Shown: piece after piece, positions 1 through 10,372 of the stretch
Layout: each line of letters starts with the position of its first letter
How positions within the stretch are numbered: the stretch's first letter is position 1
From: a virus
Taxonomy: Duplodnaviria; Heunggongvirae; Uroviricota; Caudoviricetes
Virus record (IMG/VR): IMGVR_UViG_3300047274_000273
Coordinates: 1 to 55,216 of that record
DNA: 55,216 nt
Reading direction: 5' to 3' (one strand)
Translations under genes and position numbers: made by a program
The notes under the pieces: generated by a model
The model's input: the letters and a program-made list of their open reading frames with translations, nothing else
What the model was told of the DNA's origin: nothing
The model's database searches: none

Positions 1-531
1 GAATCAGTATACGAAAGATTACCAGGAGTTATATACGATATCAATCCTAGATTAAGACTCAATGGAACATTGAATCTTCTAGCAAACAAGTATTGTGACC
101 AGTACGAGTATATTTGTTTTATGGGGGACGACCATCGTCCAAGAACAAAAGATTGGGATGTTGCATTGTACGAGTCTATTAAAGACAAAAAATATGGAAT
201 AGCCTACGGTAACGATTTGATCAAAGGGCACAAATTACCTACTGCGGTATTTTTAGATTCTAAAATTGTAAAACAATTAGGATATATGGCGCCTCCAGAA
301 CTAACACATTTATATCTTGACGACTTTTGGAGAGACTTGGGTAATAAAATCGGAACTTTAGTATATTCAGAAAGTGTTGTATTAGAACATATGCATTATA
401 TAAGAGGAAAATCAGAGTTAGACGAAATATATGCAGAAGTAAATTCAAAAGAAATGAAACACAAAGATAAAGATGCATACGAGACTTATCTAAGAGAAAA
501 TTTTGATAATGACATAAGGAAGTTAGTATGA
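1..531 (+). CDS. GT2-like glycosyltransferase (5'-partial)
   Basis: Frame 1 is open from base 1 (ESVYERLPG...); FMGDD DxD-like motif and HLYLDDFW; next to an epimerase. Confidence 0.7.
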   Translation, partial: ESVYERLPGVIYDINPRLRLNGTLNLLANKYCDQYEYICFMGDDHRPRTKDWDVALYESIKDKKYGIAYGNDLIKGHKLPTAVFLDSKIVKQLGYMAPPELTHLYLDDFWRDLGNKIGTLVYSESVVLEHMHYIRGKSELDEIYAEVNSKEMKHKDKDAYETYLRENFDNDIRKLV

Positions 532-1388
532 AAATTTTAATAACAGGACATAAGGGTTTTGTTGGCAAATACTTTATGAAAAAGTATGCTGAGCATACTA
601 TTACTGGTGTAGATTTAAAAGATGGTAATGATTGTCGAGATTTTTTTAAACAACATCCAGATACATATTTTGACTTAGTAATTCATTTAGCAGCAATCGT
701 AGGCGGTAGAATGACTATTGAAGGCAATCCTTTAGCAGTTGCTGATGACCTTTCGATTGACGCTGAATTTATGCAATGGTGTTTGAAAACAAAACCAGAA
801 AAAGTAGTTTATTTTTCATCTTCGGCCGCATACCCTACAAATTTACAAGAACAGCCTTATAAATTAAAAGAATCCGACATTGATCTATCAAATGTCCGTA
901 GCCCTGACTTAACTTATGGCTGGGCAAAATTAACAGGTGAATATTGTCTGCAATTTTTACAATCAGAAAATATTAGAACACATGTCTTTAGACCGTTTAG
1001 TGGTTACGGAGCTGACCAAGATCTAACATATCCGTTTCCGTCGTTTATTAATCGTGCTAGATTGAAGTTAGACCCGTTCGAAATTTGGGGTGACGGAAAT
1101 CAGGTTAGAGATTTTATTCATATACTAGATATTGTAGATGCGGTAGATATCGCAATTCAAGAAAACATTCAAGGTCCAGTAAATCTTGGCTGGGGCCGCC
1201 CAACATCATTTAACGAGCTAAAAGATATTGTTTGCAAAATTGCAGGGTATACTCCACAAACACAACATATCATCAATGCACCAAAGGGTGTTGACTATAG
1301 ATGTTCTGATAACTCTAAAATGCTAAGTTTTTATAAACCAAAAATTAGTTTAGAAGAAGGCATCGAAATTTCGTTAAGGGGGCTGTAA
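528..1388 (+). CDS. NAD-dependent epimerase/dehydratase (extended SDR)
   Basis: ITGHKGFVG nucleotide-binding motif, FSSSAAY, YGWAK (YxxxK). Confidence 0.92.
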   Translation: MKILITGHKGFVGKYFMKKYAEHTITGVDLKDGNDCRDFFKQHPDTYFDLVIHLAAIVGGRMTIEGNPLAVADDLSIDAEFMQWCLKTKPEKVVYFSSSAAYPTNLQEQPYKLKESDIDLSNVRSPDLTYGWAKLTGEYCLQFLQSENIRTHVFRPFSGYGADQDLTYPFPSFINRARLKLDPFEIWGDGNQVRDFIHILDIVDAVDIAIQENIQGPVNLGWGRPTSFNELKDIVCKIAGYTPQTQHIINAPKGVDYRCSDNSKMLSFYKPKISLEEGIEISLRGL

Positions 1389-1969
1389 TGGAATGGAAAT
1401 TATTTGAAGGTGACACTTCTATTAAAACTACAAAAGAATGGTACTCTGAAAGAGAAGCTGCTCATCACCTAGAAGAAAATAAACATATTCCTAGATTAAC
1501 ACAAAGCGCATTGTTAGTTAAAGATTGTATAGATCTAGGAGCGTCGTCTGTAGTTGATTTAGGATGCGGTGACGGCGGATTTCTTTCTTTAATCAAAGAG
1601 TTTAATATTAAATCTTGGGGTTATGATATATCGATAAAAAATGTCGAATATGCTAAAACAGTTCGTAATGTTGATTGTCGATATACTGATTTTAGTAACG
1701 ACTCGGGTATAGAATATGGTGATGTTGCAGTATTAACAGAAGTTCTTGAACATTTAGCAGATCCGCATACTGTTATAAAAAATCTTCCTGCAAAATACCT
1801 TATTGCTAGCAGCCCGTGTAACGAGACTGACCAAACTCATTATGTTCATCATTTATGGGCGTGGGATGAAGAAGGATTTGAAAACTTATTAAAACTAGGC
1901 AATTATAAAATAATAAAAAAATTTATTCTATCAAAAAAGTTTCAACTAGTTTTAGCTGTAAAAGAATAA
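1388..1969 (+). CDS. Class I SAM-dependent methyltransferase
   Basis: VVDLGCGDG motif I; EVLEHLADP. Confidence 0.85.
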   Translation: MEWKLFEGDTSIKTTKEWYSEREAAHHLEENKHIPRLTQSALLVKDCIDLGASSVVDLGCGDGGFLSLIKEFNIKSWGYDISIKNVEYAKTVRNVDCRYTDFSNDSGIEYGDVAVLTEVLEHLADPHTVIKNLPAKYLIASSPCNETDQTHYVHHLWAWDEEGFENLLKLGNYKIIKKFILSKKFQLVLAVKE

Positions 1970-1970
1970 T

Positions 1971-2660
1971 TTACGGTTTGTATTTCACCCAGAACGACCC
2001 TCTAGTTAAACTTCGCTTACCGTCTTTCTTAGTCAATGCTATTCCCATTACGTAATTATGAATTTGTATTCTTACGTGATGCTGATTTATAGCATTGTCA
2101 GCAGGTAAGCAAGTTTTGCTATAAATTTCTAATAGTTTCTTTGCAGCGTGCGGTTTAATTGCATATCCGCAATTTCCTGGCATAGAACTTTGATGATAGT
2201 CTGCTGCAACTGGTGCACCTTCCGGTTTATCTAAGTAATGTCTATATTTTTCAGTTTTGCTAGGATGTCCTAGTGCAAGCACTAACACATCTTCCCATTC
2301 TACTGGCTGATAGCCTCTACTCAATACAATATCGTCTTCCCATATTGCAATAGGTTCGTTTAATTCAACGCACTTCTGCCACATCCTATAATGACTATAA
2401 AAACAGCCCTGTTCACCAATAGTTAAGTCTACATCTCTAAAAGGAATCTCAATTATTCCGTCTGCCGGAGGTCCTTTAATACCCCAAGGGTGCATTTTAC
2501 GACCTTCTTCTTCTATTAATTTAACTGCATCAGTGCCGTAGGTGCCTTCAAACAATTCTACAGTTTCACCGTACTCTTCTAATTGATTTCTAAGAGTGGT
2601 GGCCGTTTTTAACGAAGCTTCGATCTTAGAAAGACATATAATAAAATTTTTCATTGCCAA
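1971..2660 (-). CDS. Glycosyltransferase family 25
   Basis: GEQGCFYSHYRMWQKC...IAIWEDD, GYAIKPHAAKKLL, PADNAI. Confidence 0.85.
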   Translation of the reverse strand: MAMKNFIICLSKIEASLKTATTLRNQLEEYGETVELFEGTYGTDAVKLIEEEGRKMHPWGIKGPPADGIIEIPFRDVDLTIGEQGCFYSHYRMWQKCVELNEPIAIWEDDIVLSRGYQPVEWEDVLVLALGHPSKTEKYRHYLDKPEGAPVAADYHQSSMPGNCGYAIKPHAAKKLLEIYSKTCLPADNAINQHHVRIQIHNYVMGIALTKKDGKRSLTRGSFWVKYKP

Positions 2661-3469
2661 TATGCCTCTTTTCTTTTTATCTTAAGATCGTTAGACTTAC
2701 TACGCCCTAGATCTTTTCGATCACCTTTGAGATGATCCAGATAAGCACCCCATTCGGAATTAATCAGCGGATGTCCTTCACCCTTGACTATACCCTCGCT
2801 CCAGTTATGTTGTTTCAAGAAGGGAAATTTCCTACGAACAGCATCAAATACAAAACTGTCATGCCACTCTTCTAGTGTAAAGATTCCCGATTCAGCTTTG
2901 TCATACATTCGCTGGAATTCCATTAGAAACATACGTGTCTGTTCAGACCGTAGATTCATAGAATATAATCCGCATTCTGAATATTTGCCTTCTCGACCTA
3001 GATAGGCAAGATCTATTCCGGAAGAACAAAGTTGCTGTAATCGTTCTAGGGCGATCGGGCTATGACAAACAGTATCGGCGTCCATCCACAGCAGTATATC
3101 GGCATCTGTTTGTCTAGCACAGTCGAATATAGCATAGACCTTGTGAGCGAACCTCACAGCGTCCCACTTAAATCCCTTGCCTGCATCTTTTCTACGACTA
3201 CGCACAGGATCGTCAGTGACATCACCGTTGGCCTTGGGTACACCTTTCCACTGTTCTTTGAATTTTTTTAGTTCTTCAACTTCTTCAAGCCGTTTGAGTG
3301 TAATTCTACTGTGATCGAATATTCGGGGATTGCATTCTTCCGGATATAGATGCAGGGTAACTTCTTTAGGCCAGTTCTGCATGAAAGTATCGATCATGCG
3401 CTGACCATATTGCCTAAGGCCCTTGTCATTGAATGTGGTAACCACGCTAATTTTCATTGCATCTTCCAT
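2651..3469 (-). CDS. GT-A fold nucleotide-diphospho-sugar transferase
   Basis: LLWMDADT DxD motif, RFAHKVYA, WHDSFVFD, YLDHLKG. Confidence 0.7.
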   Translation of the reverse strand: MEDAMKISVVTTFNDKGLRQYGQRMIDTFMQNWPKEVTLHLYPEECNPRIFDHSRITLKRLEEVEELKKFKEQWKGVPKANGDVTDDPVRSRRKDAGKGFKWDAVRFAHKVYAIFDCARQTDADILLWMDADTVCHSPIALERLQQLCSSGIDLAYLGREGKYSECGLYSMNLRSEQTRMFLMEFQRMYDKAESGIFTLEEWHDSFVFDAVRRKFPFLKQHNWSEGIVKGEGHPLINSEWGAYLDHLKGDRKDLGRSKSNDLKIKRKEAYWQ

Positions 3470-3849
3470 ATATGATATTTTTTTGTGTAATCTACTACTT
3501 GAAACCTTTCTTTACGTAAAAATTTTACCTGCTCGCTGCTGCTTGACGGATCGCCCTCGATTATCAACAAACATCTGTTGCGTTTCCATAACGGTGCCAG
3601 TTCTCTGACTAGGTTAATCTGATCCGCATCTATCAAAACAAAATCTATTTCATAAAGACTGTATATTGATTCTAAATTTTCGCGATAGATTAGATTTTTC
3701 GCCCTAACTTCTGGATCTTTAGCATATACGATAAACACTGTGGCAGTATTCTCTAATAGATCTTCGAGATTTCCAAAACCTGAACCTATAACCAGCCCGT
3801 ATCGAACATGCTGACTGATTTTTTTTATTCTTTTTGAGAACTTTCCCAT
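3454..3849 (-). CDS. Hypothetical protein
   Basis: 131-aa ORF coupled to the downstream glycosyltransferase; TAAATA upstream. Confidence 0.6.
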   Translation of the reverse strand: MGKFSKRIKKISQHVRYGLVIGSGFGNLEDLLENTATVFIVYAKDPEVRAKNLIYRENLESIYSLYEIDFVLIDADQINLVRELAPLWKRNRCLLIIEGDPSSSSEQVKFLRKERFQVVDYTKKYHIWKMQ

Positions 3850-3885
3850 AAAATTTTATTAAATACTACTATATTTAGTGAAGAT

Positions 3886-4725
3886 ATGAAAGTCAAAATT
3901 TATAAAGAATACGGAGCATTAAATAGCTCGCCTGTGTTTGCCGCTGTTGAACAGGGGTTCAAGAAACTAGGCTGTGATATCGTGGAAGAAAACCCAGATA
4001 TAGAAGTCATCTGGTCTGTGCTCTTCCAGGGCAGGATGCTGCCTAACAAACAGGTCTATGAACAGGCCAAAGCTAATAATCGACCTGTGATGATCGTCGA
4101 GGTCAGCAACTTCCAACGAGGAAAATTGTGGAGACTATCTTGGGATAATGTTAACGGACTAGGCGACTTTGCCAACAAAGACGATCTGGATCTTGATCGA
4201 CCAAAAAAACTAGGAATTAATCTTAAACCCTTGGTTACTGACAAAAGACCCGAGATCATAATCATAGGACAACATCAAAATAGTCTGCAATGGACCGGAA
4301 AACCCAAAATGGTCGACTGGGTCAAAGACACAATCAACGAAATCAAGAAATATACTGATAGACAGATACTAGTGAGACCACATCCTAGACATCAGTTTAC
4401 TCTGGCCTATCAGAGAGTGATCATGCAGTATCCCAAAGCTGTGTCTTTTACTTACGACGAATTTAATTTTGATCCTAATTATCATTGTATCGTGAATTTC
4501 AACAGCGGTCCTGCCTTGAGAGCCGCAGTCGCCGGCGTTCCTGTGATTACTGATGGCTCTAGCCTTGCATATCCAGTAAGTGATCGCATGGAAAATATCG
4601 ACAATCCGCAACTACTGCCAAGAGATCAATGGTTTATAGAGATCTGTCATACCGAATGGACTATTCCGGAAATCGAACAAGGTATTCCACAAAAAAGATT
4701 GCTAGAGAGTCTTAAAAAATCTTGA
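3886..4725 (+). CDS. KpsC/KpsS-like capsule-biosynthesis (GT-B) protein
   Basis: LVRPHP and VNFNSGPALRAAVAGVPVI motifs. Confidence 0.65.
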   Translation: MKVKIYKEYGALNSSPVFAAVEQGFKKLGCDIVEENPDIEVIWSVLFQGRMLPNKQVYEQAKANNRPVMIVEVSNFQRGKLWRLSWDNVNGLGDFANKDDLDLDRPKKLGINLKPLVTDKRPEIIIIGQHQNSLQWTGKPKMVDWVKDTINEIKKYTDRQILVRPHPRHQFTLAYQRVIMQYPKAVSFTYDEFNFDPNYHCIVNFNSGPALRAAVAGVPVITDGSSLAYPVSDRMENIDNPQLLPRDQWFIEICHTEWTIPEIEQGIPQKRLLESLKKS

Positions 4726-4756
4726 CTTTAAGACAAAAATTTGCTATCATAGCAAT

Positions 4757-5944
4757 ATGACCTCTCCGGTATATGTTGAAGACATTTTCTTAAAGTTTTT
4801 CGATCTTGCTTGTTTAGATAAGATTGAACTTCTCCCCTATGATTGGAATATTTGTAGCAGTCTCAAGCAACAGCTGACTGATCAAAAACAGATCACTGCT
4901 AATCAGGGAAATTTTATTCTCAAGCTGTTGGGTAAACATGCGGCGATATCGGCAGAACAGGGCCTCGACTACGAGGATCAACTTCAAGTGCCGGTTTGGA
5001 AAAACGAATTTCGTGTGCTTGATCTAGAAAAGCGAGTTTTTCTAGAAAAAACCGACTCGGGCATTAATATCTGTTTCAAATTTCCCTACTCTCTAAAAAA
5101 TCTTTTCGATAAAGAGATCGACACAGACACGACATTTGGATCTAGCACTTGGGATAACGAAAGAAAACTTCGAGTCTGTAATTTTTACAATTATAATATC
5201 ATACGAGTCCATGAATTTTGCAAAAAACATGGATTCCATATGGACGAAAACTTCCTCGATGTGGTCAGTCAGGTCGAAGAAATCTGGGACCAACACGAAG
5301 AAATTGATTTCAGATCAAAGATCGAAGACAACGATGTTGTTTTAATCAATGCTCCTGAAGATACCCGCAATCAGTGGCAGGAAATCAAGACCGGTGATGT
5401 GTTCAAAGACAGTTTTTCGGCAAAATCTATGGGATATCCGGTCAAGTACGACCATGTGCCTAACACGGTCTTTGAGAAAATCTGTTCTGCGTCGGAAAAA
5501 CTGTTCTGGTTGAAAACCTATGAAGATTTTTTCTCAGTGCATCAAGCTGCGGGAGGCATTTCGGTAATCTTATTAGATAGGAATACCAAAGATATCGTGG
5601 AATATCTCAAAAAATTGGTTTCAACGGCTGATAATTTTGTAGATCGATCTGATATTAAAATTTGTTTCAGAGAAGAAAAATCAGAAAATTCGAATCTCAA
5701 TAACTGGATCAAATCTTCGGGTCTAGGCGGTAAGGTTGATCAGGGAAAAATCTTGATTTTCCTCCATAAACCTGCCAAGTGGTTGTTTGCTAAGAGCATA
5801 GATGTTAAAATTATAGGTACTAATAGTTATACCCCGCACATGGAACCTATCTCTGCCAGCTGGATACAGAGCCATCCCTGCATTTTATACGTAGACGATG
5901 TGAAACCAACATCGCCGAGGAACAAAAAAATTGTCAACTTGTAA
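4757..5944 (+). CDS. Hypothetical protein upstream of the helicase
   Basis: 395-aa ORF with a TTGACT...TATCAT promoter-like site upstream; overlaps the helicase start. Confidence 0.7.
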   Translation: MTSPVYVEDIFLKFFDLACLDKIELLPYDWNICSSLKQQLTDQKQITANQGNFILKLLGKHAAISAEQGLDYEDQLQVPVWKNEFRVLDLEKRVFLEKTDSGINICFKFPYSLKNLFDKEIDTDTTFGSSTWDNERKLRVCNFYNYNIIRVHEFCKKHGFHMDENFLDVVSQVEEIWDQHEEIDFRSKIEDNDVVLINAPEDTRNQWQEIKTGDVFKDSFSAKSMGYPVKYDHVPNTVFEKICSASEKLFWLKTYEDFFSVHQAAGGISVILLDRNTKDIVEYLKKLVSTADNFVDRSDIKICFREEKSENSNLNNWIKSSGLGGKVDQGKILIFLHKPAKWLFAKSIDVKIIGTNSYTPHMEPISASWIQSHPCILYVDDVKPTSPRNKKIVNL

Positions 5945-7385
5945 ACTTATCATCAAAGATGAAGTCAATATCAAGATAGAAGGACTGGCCGTTGAAACAA
6001 GACGAAAGATCGTCAACGAACTAAAGTTTGATCTGCCCTATGCAAGGCATATGCCAGCATATAAACTAGGAAGATGGGATGGAACAAAAACCTATTTTGG
6101 AATTGGCGGTAATGGTTATCTTGCTCATCTTGATGTTATACTTCCTATTATAGAAGACTCCGGATACGACATAGAGATAGAAGATCTCCGGCAACATCAG
6201 TCTCTTAAATTCCAACCCATAGGCGAAAATTATTGGGCCGATCAAGGCAAGACTTGGCCTAAAGGTCATCCACAGGCCGGAACGCCCATCGTATTGAGAG
6301 ATTATCAATACGATGTGGTTAATAAATTTTTAGAAAATCCACAATCATTACAGGAGGTAGCCACTGGTGCCGGTAAAACTATTACTACTGCGACGTTATC
6401 GCATCTTTGTGAGGTATATGGCCGTACGATGGTTATTGTTCCGAACAAATCGCTTGTTGTACAGACTGAAGAAGACTATAAAAATCTCGGACTAGATGTT
6501 GGGGTTTACTTTGGTGATCGTAAAGAATTAAATCGTACACATACTATCTGCACATGGCAGAGTCTTAATGTGCTAGACAAGAAAAGTTATGATGATGAGA
6601 CCTTGACCCTGGCAGAGTTTTGTGACGGTGTGGTAGCCATCATCGTAGACGAAGTTCATCAGGCCAAGGCCGATGTATTGACTAAGTTGCTGACACAAAA
6701 CTTTAGACACTGCGCCATACGTTGGGGTCTAACAGGTACAGTGCCCAGAGAAAAATGGGAGTTTCAAGGTATCCTTGCCAGCATAGGTCCTGTGATAAAT
6801 CAAGTATCTGCACATGATCTACAGCAAAAAGATGTGCTGGCACAACTCCATATCAATGTACTACAGACTACTGACGTTCAGGTATTTAGAAGCTATCAAG
6901 AAGAATATACATATTTGGTCACAGATGCTGCGAGAATTGATTGGTTTGGTAATAAGATCAAAGAAATATCACAAACAGGTAATACACTGATATTAGTCAA
7001 TAGGATCGATACTGGAAATAAGCTAATGACTTTATTACCCGAAGCAGTGTTTATTTCAGGCGCAGTAAAACTAGACGATAGAAAAGAAGAGTATGACGAA
7101 ATTAAAACAAGTGATAACAAGATTATTGTGGCGACTTACGGTGTGGCCGCTGTGGGTATTAATATCCCACGTATTTTTAATCTGGTTCTTCTTGAGCCCG
7201 GAAAGAGCTTTGTCCGCGTTATACAAAGTATTGGACGAGGCATTAGAAAAGCCGAAGACAAGGACTTCGTTCAAATTTGGGACATCACGAGCACCTGTAA
7301 GTACGCCAAGCGGCATCTTACGGAGAGGAAGAAATTTTATAAAGAAGCGAAATATCCCTTTACAGTAACCAAGGTAACAATATGA
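5931..7385 (+). CDS. uvsW: UvsW-like SF2 DNA helicase
   Basis: ATGAGKT, DEVH, GLTGT and QSIGRGIR helicase motifs; T4-like context. Confidence 0.88.
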   Translation: MSTCKLIIKDEVNIKIEGLAVETRRKIVNELKFDLPYARHMPAYKLGRWDGTKTYFGIGGNGYLAHLDVILPIIEDSGYDIEIEDLRQHQSLKFQPIGENYWADQGKTWPKGHPQAGTPIVLRDYQYDVVNKFLENPQSLQEVATGAGKTITTATLSHLCEVYGRTMVIVPNKSLVVQTEEDYKNLGLDVGVYFGDRKELNRTHTICTWQSLNVLDKKSYDDETLTLAEFCDGVVAIIVDEVHQAKADVLTKLLTQNFRHCAIRWGLTGTVPREKWEFQGILASIGPVINQVSAHDLQQKDVLAQLHINVLQTTDVQVFRSYQEEYTYLVTDAARIDWFGNKIKEISQTGNTLILVNRIDTGNKLMTLLPEAVFISGAVKLDDRKEEYDEIKTSDNKIIVATYGVAAVGINIPRIFNLVLLEPGKSFVRVIQSIGRGIRKAEDKDFVQIWDITSTCKYAKRHLTERKKFYKEAKYPFTVTKVTI

Positions 7386-7888
7386 AAATTTTAACACTAA
7401 ACAACAGATCTTTTGATCTCAATGAATTACCGGACGAAGTTGACGAAGACACTAGATTCTCAGTTTTAGACAATAGTAATGCAGCTGAACCAGATTTCTT
7501 CTTCATGCCGCTGATTTTTTTAGAATCTTTTAATAGTCCTGCTATTTTATTGAATATCGGTGGCCATGAAGTGCAGATGCCCCTAGACTGGTGTATGGTT
7601 GTTGGGGATCGAGACTGCGGCCTAGACCCAGAAGTTCTTCCTCTAACTAGCCTGAATGAGCGAGGGTTCGATGCCTTTGTCTTTAATCCTATTGGAGGAT
7701 TTAAATGCGAATACATGCCCATTGAAATAGTAAATATCTATCAAGATGTCCGATGGTATTTTCCTAAAATGAAAAACGGACAGTTGTTGACTGTGCCCTT
7801 ACACGACGACGAGAATCCTCCCTGTGTGTTTTTTGTTAAAGAGATTTCGAGACAAAGCGAAATAATCCAATTGGACAAATTGATCTAA
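7382..7888 (+). CDS. Hypothetical protein, possible Hint-like fold
   Basis: ATGA overlap with the helicase; beta-strand pattern resembles Hint but catalytic residues are absent. Confidence 0.6.
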   Translation: MKILTLNNRSFDLNELPDEVDEDTRFSVLDNSNAAEPDFFFMPLIFLESFNSPAILLNIGGHEVQMPLDWCMVVGDRDCGLDPEVLPLTSLNERGFDAFVFNPIGGFKCEYMPIEIVNIYQDVRWYFPKMKNGQLLTVPLHDDENPPCVFFVKEISRQSEIIQLDKLI

Positions 7889-8121
7889 TGCCTATGGATA
7901 GTCTCATGTGGAATAACGCTGATTTTAAACGTCGATGTATAGGTTGGCAATTAAAATTCAGCGTTTTTCCTCGTAGGTGTTTTTACACAGGAAAGTTTCT
8001 TTGGCTCAAAAAAGCATATTTTGGAGTAGGTATGATATGTGGACCAGGAGAGCCGGTCTATGAATATAGATGGTGTGAACGAAACAATTATCTATTCTTA
8101 AAAATGCAAGGAATCATATGA
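7888..8121 (+). CDS. Hypothetical protein
   Basis: Coupled 77-aa ORF. Confidence 0.55.
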   Translation: MPMDSLMWNNADFKRRCIGWQLKFSVFPRRCFYTGKFLWLKKAYFGVGMICGPGEPVYEYRWCERNNYLFLKMQGII

Positions 8122-8654
8122 AAGTAGGAAAAAAACTGCTGTCTGTGCCGGCCACACACACTACTAAGAATGCAGCTAATAGAAGAGAATTGTTTCTGAA
8201 CGATCTAGTTAGACATTTTCAGTGGACCGTAGGAGCAGAAATAGGAGTCCGAGAAGGTAGAACTTCATTTTGTCTTCTCGACAATAACGCCAACTTAAAA
8301 ATCTATGCAGTAGACAAGGATATTTCACAATTTTACGGTTCTCAGGTACGTGAAAAATATCAAAGCAGGCTAGTGGCGCTGGAAGGCATCAGTTGGGAAG
8401 TCTCAGCTGCTGTGGAAGATCAAAGTTTAGATTTTGTGTTTATAGATGCAGGGCATGGATACAAATCTGTGATCAGAGATCTAGAAGCATGGACGCCAAA
8501 ATTAAAAAAATCAGGATGGTTAATAGGTCATGACATCAATTTTCCTGCGGTACATCAAGCAGTATCGGAACGTTGTAAAGATTTTAAAATAGGGCCAGAC
8601 AATGTTTGGTTCTTGTCGCCCAACGGCGATTATAACATGTTGGAGAAACTATGA
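8118..8654 (+). CDS. Class I SAM methyltransferase (Methyltransf_24-like)
   Basis: GAEIGVREG, DFVFIDAGH, GWLIGHD. Confidence 0.85.
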   Translation: MKVGKKLLSVPATHTTKNAANRRELFLNDLVRHFQWTVGAEIGVREGRTSFCLLDNNANLKIYAVDKDISQFYGSQVREKYQSRLVALEGISWEVSAAVEDQSLDFVFIDAGHGYKSVIRDLEAWTPKLKKSGWLIGHDINFPAVHQAVSERCKDFKIGPDNVWFLSPNGDYNMLEKL

Positions 8655-9004
8655 TATCAGGTAAAGTATGGGGTAAAACAGAGCTGCTGGAAGCCAACGG
8701 AGTGTTGGAATTCCATAGGATCGAAACCAAGAAAGGTGGTGTTTGTTCAAAACATAAACACAGACATAAGTGGAATGGTTTCTTTGTAGAAAAAGGTGCC
8801 TTATTAATTCGTGTATGGAAAAACAACTACGATCTAGTCGACGAGACTGTATTAATGGACGGAATGTATACCAAGGTAGCACCCGGAGAATACCATCAGT
8901 TCGAAGCTCTAGAAGATACGATAGCATTTGAATTATATTGGGCTGAGTTCGATCACGACGATATAGAAAGAGAAACCGTAGGATATAAAAGTGGGAACTC
9001 TTAA
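8651..9004 (+). CDS. Cupin-domain protein
   Basis: CSKHKHRHKWNGF and PGEYHQF metal-binding motifs. Confidence 0.8.
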   Translation: MISGKVWGKTELLEANGVLEFHRIETKKGGVCSKHKHRHKWNGFFVEKGALLIRVWKNNYDLVDETVLMDGMYTKVAPGEYHQFEALEDTIAFELYWAEFDHDDIERETVGYKSGNS

Positions 9005-9239
9005 ACCTGGTGCGACCTATATCTATGAGCATGCCGATGGCATAACCTATGCTCGAGAAGCAGGTGCACCAGCTAGTGAGAGATTTGAAATCGGAAGATC
9101 GCTGGGTAGACAAGATCTGGACGATCATAAAGAATGGATAGAAATTAGATCAGCAGCCAAAGATAATCCGGCCTTGCAAAAAGCAGTAGATCATGTTAAA
9201 GTATTGTATAAGATAATTAAAGACCATGGGAAAAAATAA
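8991..9239 (+). CDS. Hypothetical protein
   Basis: Coupled 82-aa ORF. Confidence 0.6.
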   Translation: MGTLKPGATYIYEHADGITYAREAGAPASERFEIGRSLGRQDLDDHKEWIEIRSAAKDNPALQKAVDHVKVLYKIIKDHGKK

Positions 9240-9705
9240 ACACGTAGATCTTTTCAAGGACATGATCCCAGCAGTAGACATGGGGTTAAAAGAGCTTTGG
9301 GATGCTGCCACAGAAGATGGTCGAAAAGAAATCAAAGGCGATCTATGGAATCTGAATCGTTATATCAGCAGTGTGAAAACAAACAACAAAGAACTACAAG
9401 AGCATTATGTTCTCACTGTAAATGAATTCTATAATAAGAATTGGAATGAGATTTCTAAACATCCCAAGCTTCAATGGATGACTCTAACATTGGCCAGCCA
9501 CGAGAGTAAGAAAACTCAGTTCCATGAATGGCTTCCTCTTAAGAGAGAGAAAAACAAGAAAGAAGAATTCTTAGCCGGCCTATTTCCTAATATGAAATGG
9601 GCTGATATCGAAACCTTGGCAGCAACCACTACAGACAAAGAAATCAAAGAATACTGCGCACTGTTGGGTTGGGATAAGAAACAAATTGCAGAACTCAAAT
9701 TATAA
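9226..9705 (+). CDS. Putative clamp-loader small subunit (T4 gp62-like)
   Basis: Size, WNLNRYISS...HPKLQW...FHEW pattern and replication context. Confidence 0.5.
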   Translation: MGKNKHVDLFKDMIPAVDMGLKELWDAATEDGRKEIKGDLWNLNRYISSVKTNNKELQEHYVLTVNEFYNKNWNEISKHPKLQWMTLTLASHESKKTQFHEWLPLKREKNKKEEFLAGLFPNMKWADIETLAATTTDKEIKEYCALLGWDKKQIAELKL

Positions 9706-10372
9706 GTGTGAATACTGCGGCAAAGACTTTGCCAGAGAAAAAACTCTAGCCGTGCATATCTGCGAACAAAAACGCAGGCATCTCAGCAAGGCAGAAAAGC
9801 ATGTACAGGCCGGTCTTTTAACCTTTCAGCGATTTTATGATATCGCACAGAAAGGCAAGAGTAAAAAAACATTTGACGAATTCGCCCAGAGTCCTTATTA
9901 TACAGCCTTTGTTAAGTTTGGTAGTTTCTTAGTCAACACTGCTCCTATCTATCCTGAAAGATTTATCGACTTTGTAGTTAAGAGTGGGGTAAAATTAGAT
10001 CATTGGTGTAGAGACGAACTCTATGAACAGTATGTCTCGGAAATGATCAAAGCAGAACCTGCAGATGGGGCTATACAGCGTACTATCAAAACTATGATGG
10101 ACTGGGGAGATGCTAACAATGCTCCTTGGGAACATTATTTCCAATATGTAAACCTCAACAGGGCCACACACGATATCAAAGAAGGACTGGTCAGTCCGTG
10201 GATGGTGTTAAATAGCAAGTCAGGTAAAGATATGCTTAAAAAGATGAATGACGAACAATTAGAAATTATTGGACCTATTATAGATCCTCAATTCTGGTTA
10301 AGGCGATTCAGAGCATTGCCTGCAGATGTTGAGCTTATCAAAGATGTAATCAAAGAAGGTAAAATTTTATAA
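9686..10372 (+). CDS. Protein with N-terminal C2H2/C2HC zinc finger
   Basis: YKCEYCGKDFAREKTLAVHIC. Confidence 0.7.
   Translation: MQNSNYKCEYCGKDFAREKTLAVHICEQKRRHLSKAEKHVQAGLLTFQRFYDIAQKGKSKKTFDEFAQSPYYTAFVKFGSFLVNTAPIYPERFIDFVVKSGVKLDHWCRDELYEQYVSEMIKAEPADGAIQRTIKTMMDWGDANNAPWEHYFQYVNLNRATHDIKEGLVSPWMVLNSKSGKDMLKKMNDEQLEIIGPIIDPQFWLRRFRALPADVELIKDVIKEGKIL

Noticed and set aside
7382-7888. Active intein in or after UvsW
   Set aside because: The helicase has its own stop, and the ORF lacks Cys1 and the terminal His-Asn
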